From the NCBI GenBank assembly GCA_012295275.1, contig CM022679.1:27776001-27840000 (forward strand): 64,000 nucleotides of DNA, read 5' to 3'. The stretch's first letter is position 1, and each line of letters opens with the position of its first letter. Both the position numbers and the translations under genes were made by a program. Shown here piece after piece: positions 62,740 to 64,000 of this stretch. The notes beneath the pieces are model-generated. The model made no database searches. It was given only the letters and a program-made list of their open reading frames with translations, and was not told where the DNA came from. The stretch comes from Chrysomallon squamiferum (lineage: Eukaryota > Animalia > Mollusca).

Positions 62740-64000
62740 AGGTATCCGTTTCCTGGACACTGATCAGTGTGTGTTAGTCTGTGTATTTTAATACTGTGTG
62801 ATTGTTATTATAATTCTATTAACACTGATCTATTTATAGACATGATGACATTATAGATTTATGTAAACAGGATTAGACTAACACACACAAATACTGATTA
62901 TGTGTGTTTGTAAGTATTAGTATGTAATGGATAACAGCCACTGCACATACAGACCAATAATGTTTGAAATTTTATAAGCTAATAAGTTATGAGAGAGAGA
63001 GAGAGATTAACTGCCAATGTACATTTCACATTAACTTTTCCTTTAAACTAAAAAGAAACAGTGGTCAGATAACAAACAACACAGACTGATGAACAGAGGG
63101 ATCATGTCTGTTAGAAACTATTCCCAGTGTGTAGTAAGATAATACTGCTATTAACTTATTTTAATATTCTTGTTTTGTTTATTTATGGTGAAACTGTAAC
63201 AGAAATGATTAAAAGCTAAGTTTTTAAAAATAATAATAGTAGTAATTAAATAATAATTACAAAGAATACAAGTGAAAAACAAAACAACATAAAACATTTT
63301 ATTCACATATTTTAATTTTAAACTTCAAAACTGAACTTCAATAAAGTTAAAGGGAGGTAATTCTATTATACAAATAATTCTTTGTAGAATTGTATGATTT
63401 GTAATTGACTTTAAGACAGACAATCCAAGGCAAATAATTATGGCCTTAAAAAAAATGAAAGAAAAATAAAGCTCAGTTAGTTTGCTCTGTGAAAGTTGGT
63501 GTAGAAAAGTGTTAAAATTTTTATCATCAGTAAAACAGGTTAATATTCTACCCCATCAAATAAATACACACATGGTTTTATACTTTACACATTACAGTGA
63601 AAGATATGTAACAATAACTGACATATTCCAGTGTGCAGTAAAGATTTTCCTCTAACCATGATTCGTCTCATTCATTTCCTTCAATGTCATCACAGTATTC
63701 TTTCTTCTTAAACACACCTACCAAACAGTTTGTTTTTCTGTTCTAATGTAGATAATCATTTAAATTATTGATGACAAAACTTTGAAAAAATTGTTCTTTC
63801 ATCTTTTTTCTTGCAGTTTGCTTTTGTGAAGTGAGGAACTTAACAGACTATTTGATGATTTCTACTGCAGACAATGATACACAGATGATGAAATCTTCGC
63901 TCACTACAATGTCAGCAGTAAATAAAAAATTAACTTTGTAATGTTTTTTTTTTTTAATTATCTTTTTATTTCTGGTTGTAGAAAACTTGATTAAATCCAC

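Overview
AT-rich, microsatellite-dense animal genomic DNA with spliceosomal GT-AG introns; a lophotrochozoan or mollusc-like origin is my inference only. Five protein-coding genes could be reconstructed by hand with consistent exon phases: an intronless group A bHLH factor (-), a 4-exon F-box/LRR gene (+) head-to-head with it, 8-exon HADH (+), a convergent BMS1 with 22 coding exons (-), and FoxJ1 (+). Non-coding features include a 309-bp MITE with a demonstrable 4-bp TSD, a Tc1/mariner-type MITE, a foldback element, many minisatellites, and a ~7-kb array of ~1-kb units between the BMS1 and FoxJ1 promoters. The most striking pattern is that at least 11 unrelated tandem arrays sit on or directly against exon-intron junctions. 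Seven of them copy the splice site together with exon sequence, creating ladders of decoy or alternative splice sites, including 8 in-frame donors in the F-box gene. No tRNA, rRNA or CRISPR could be supported.
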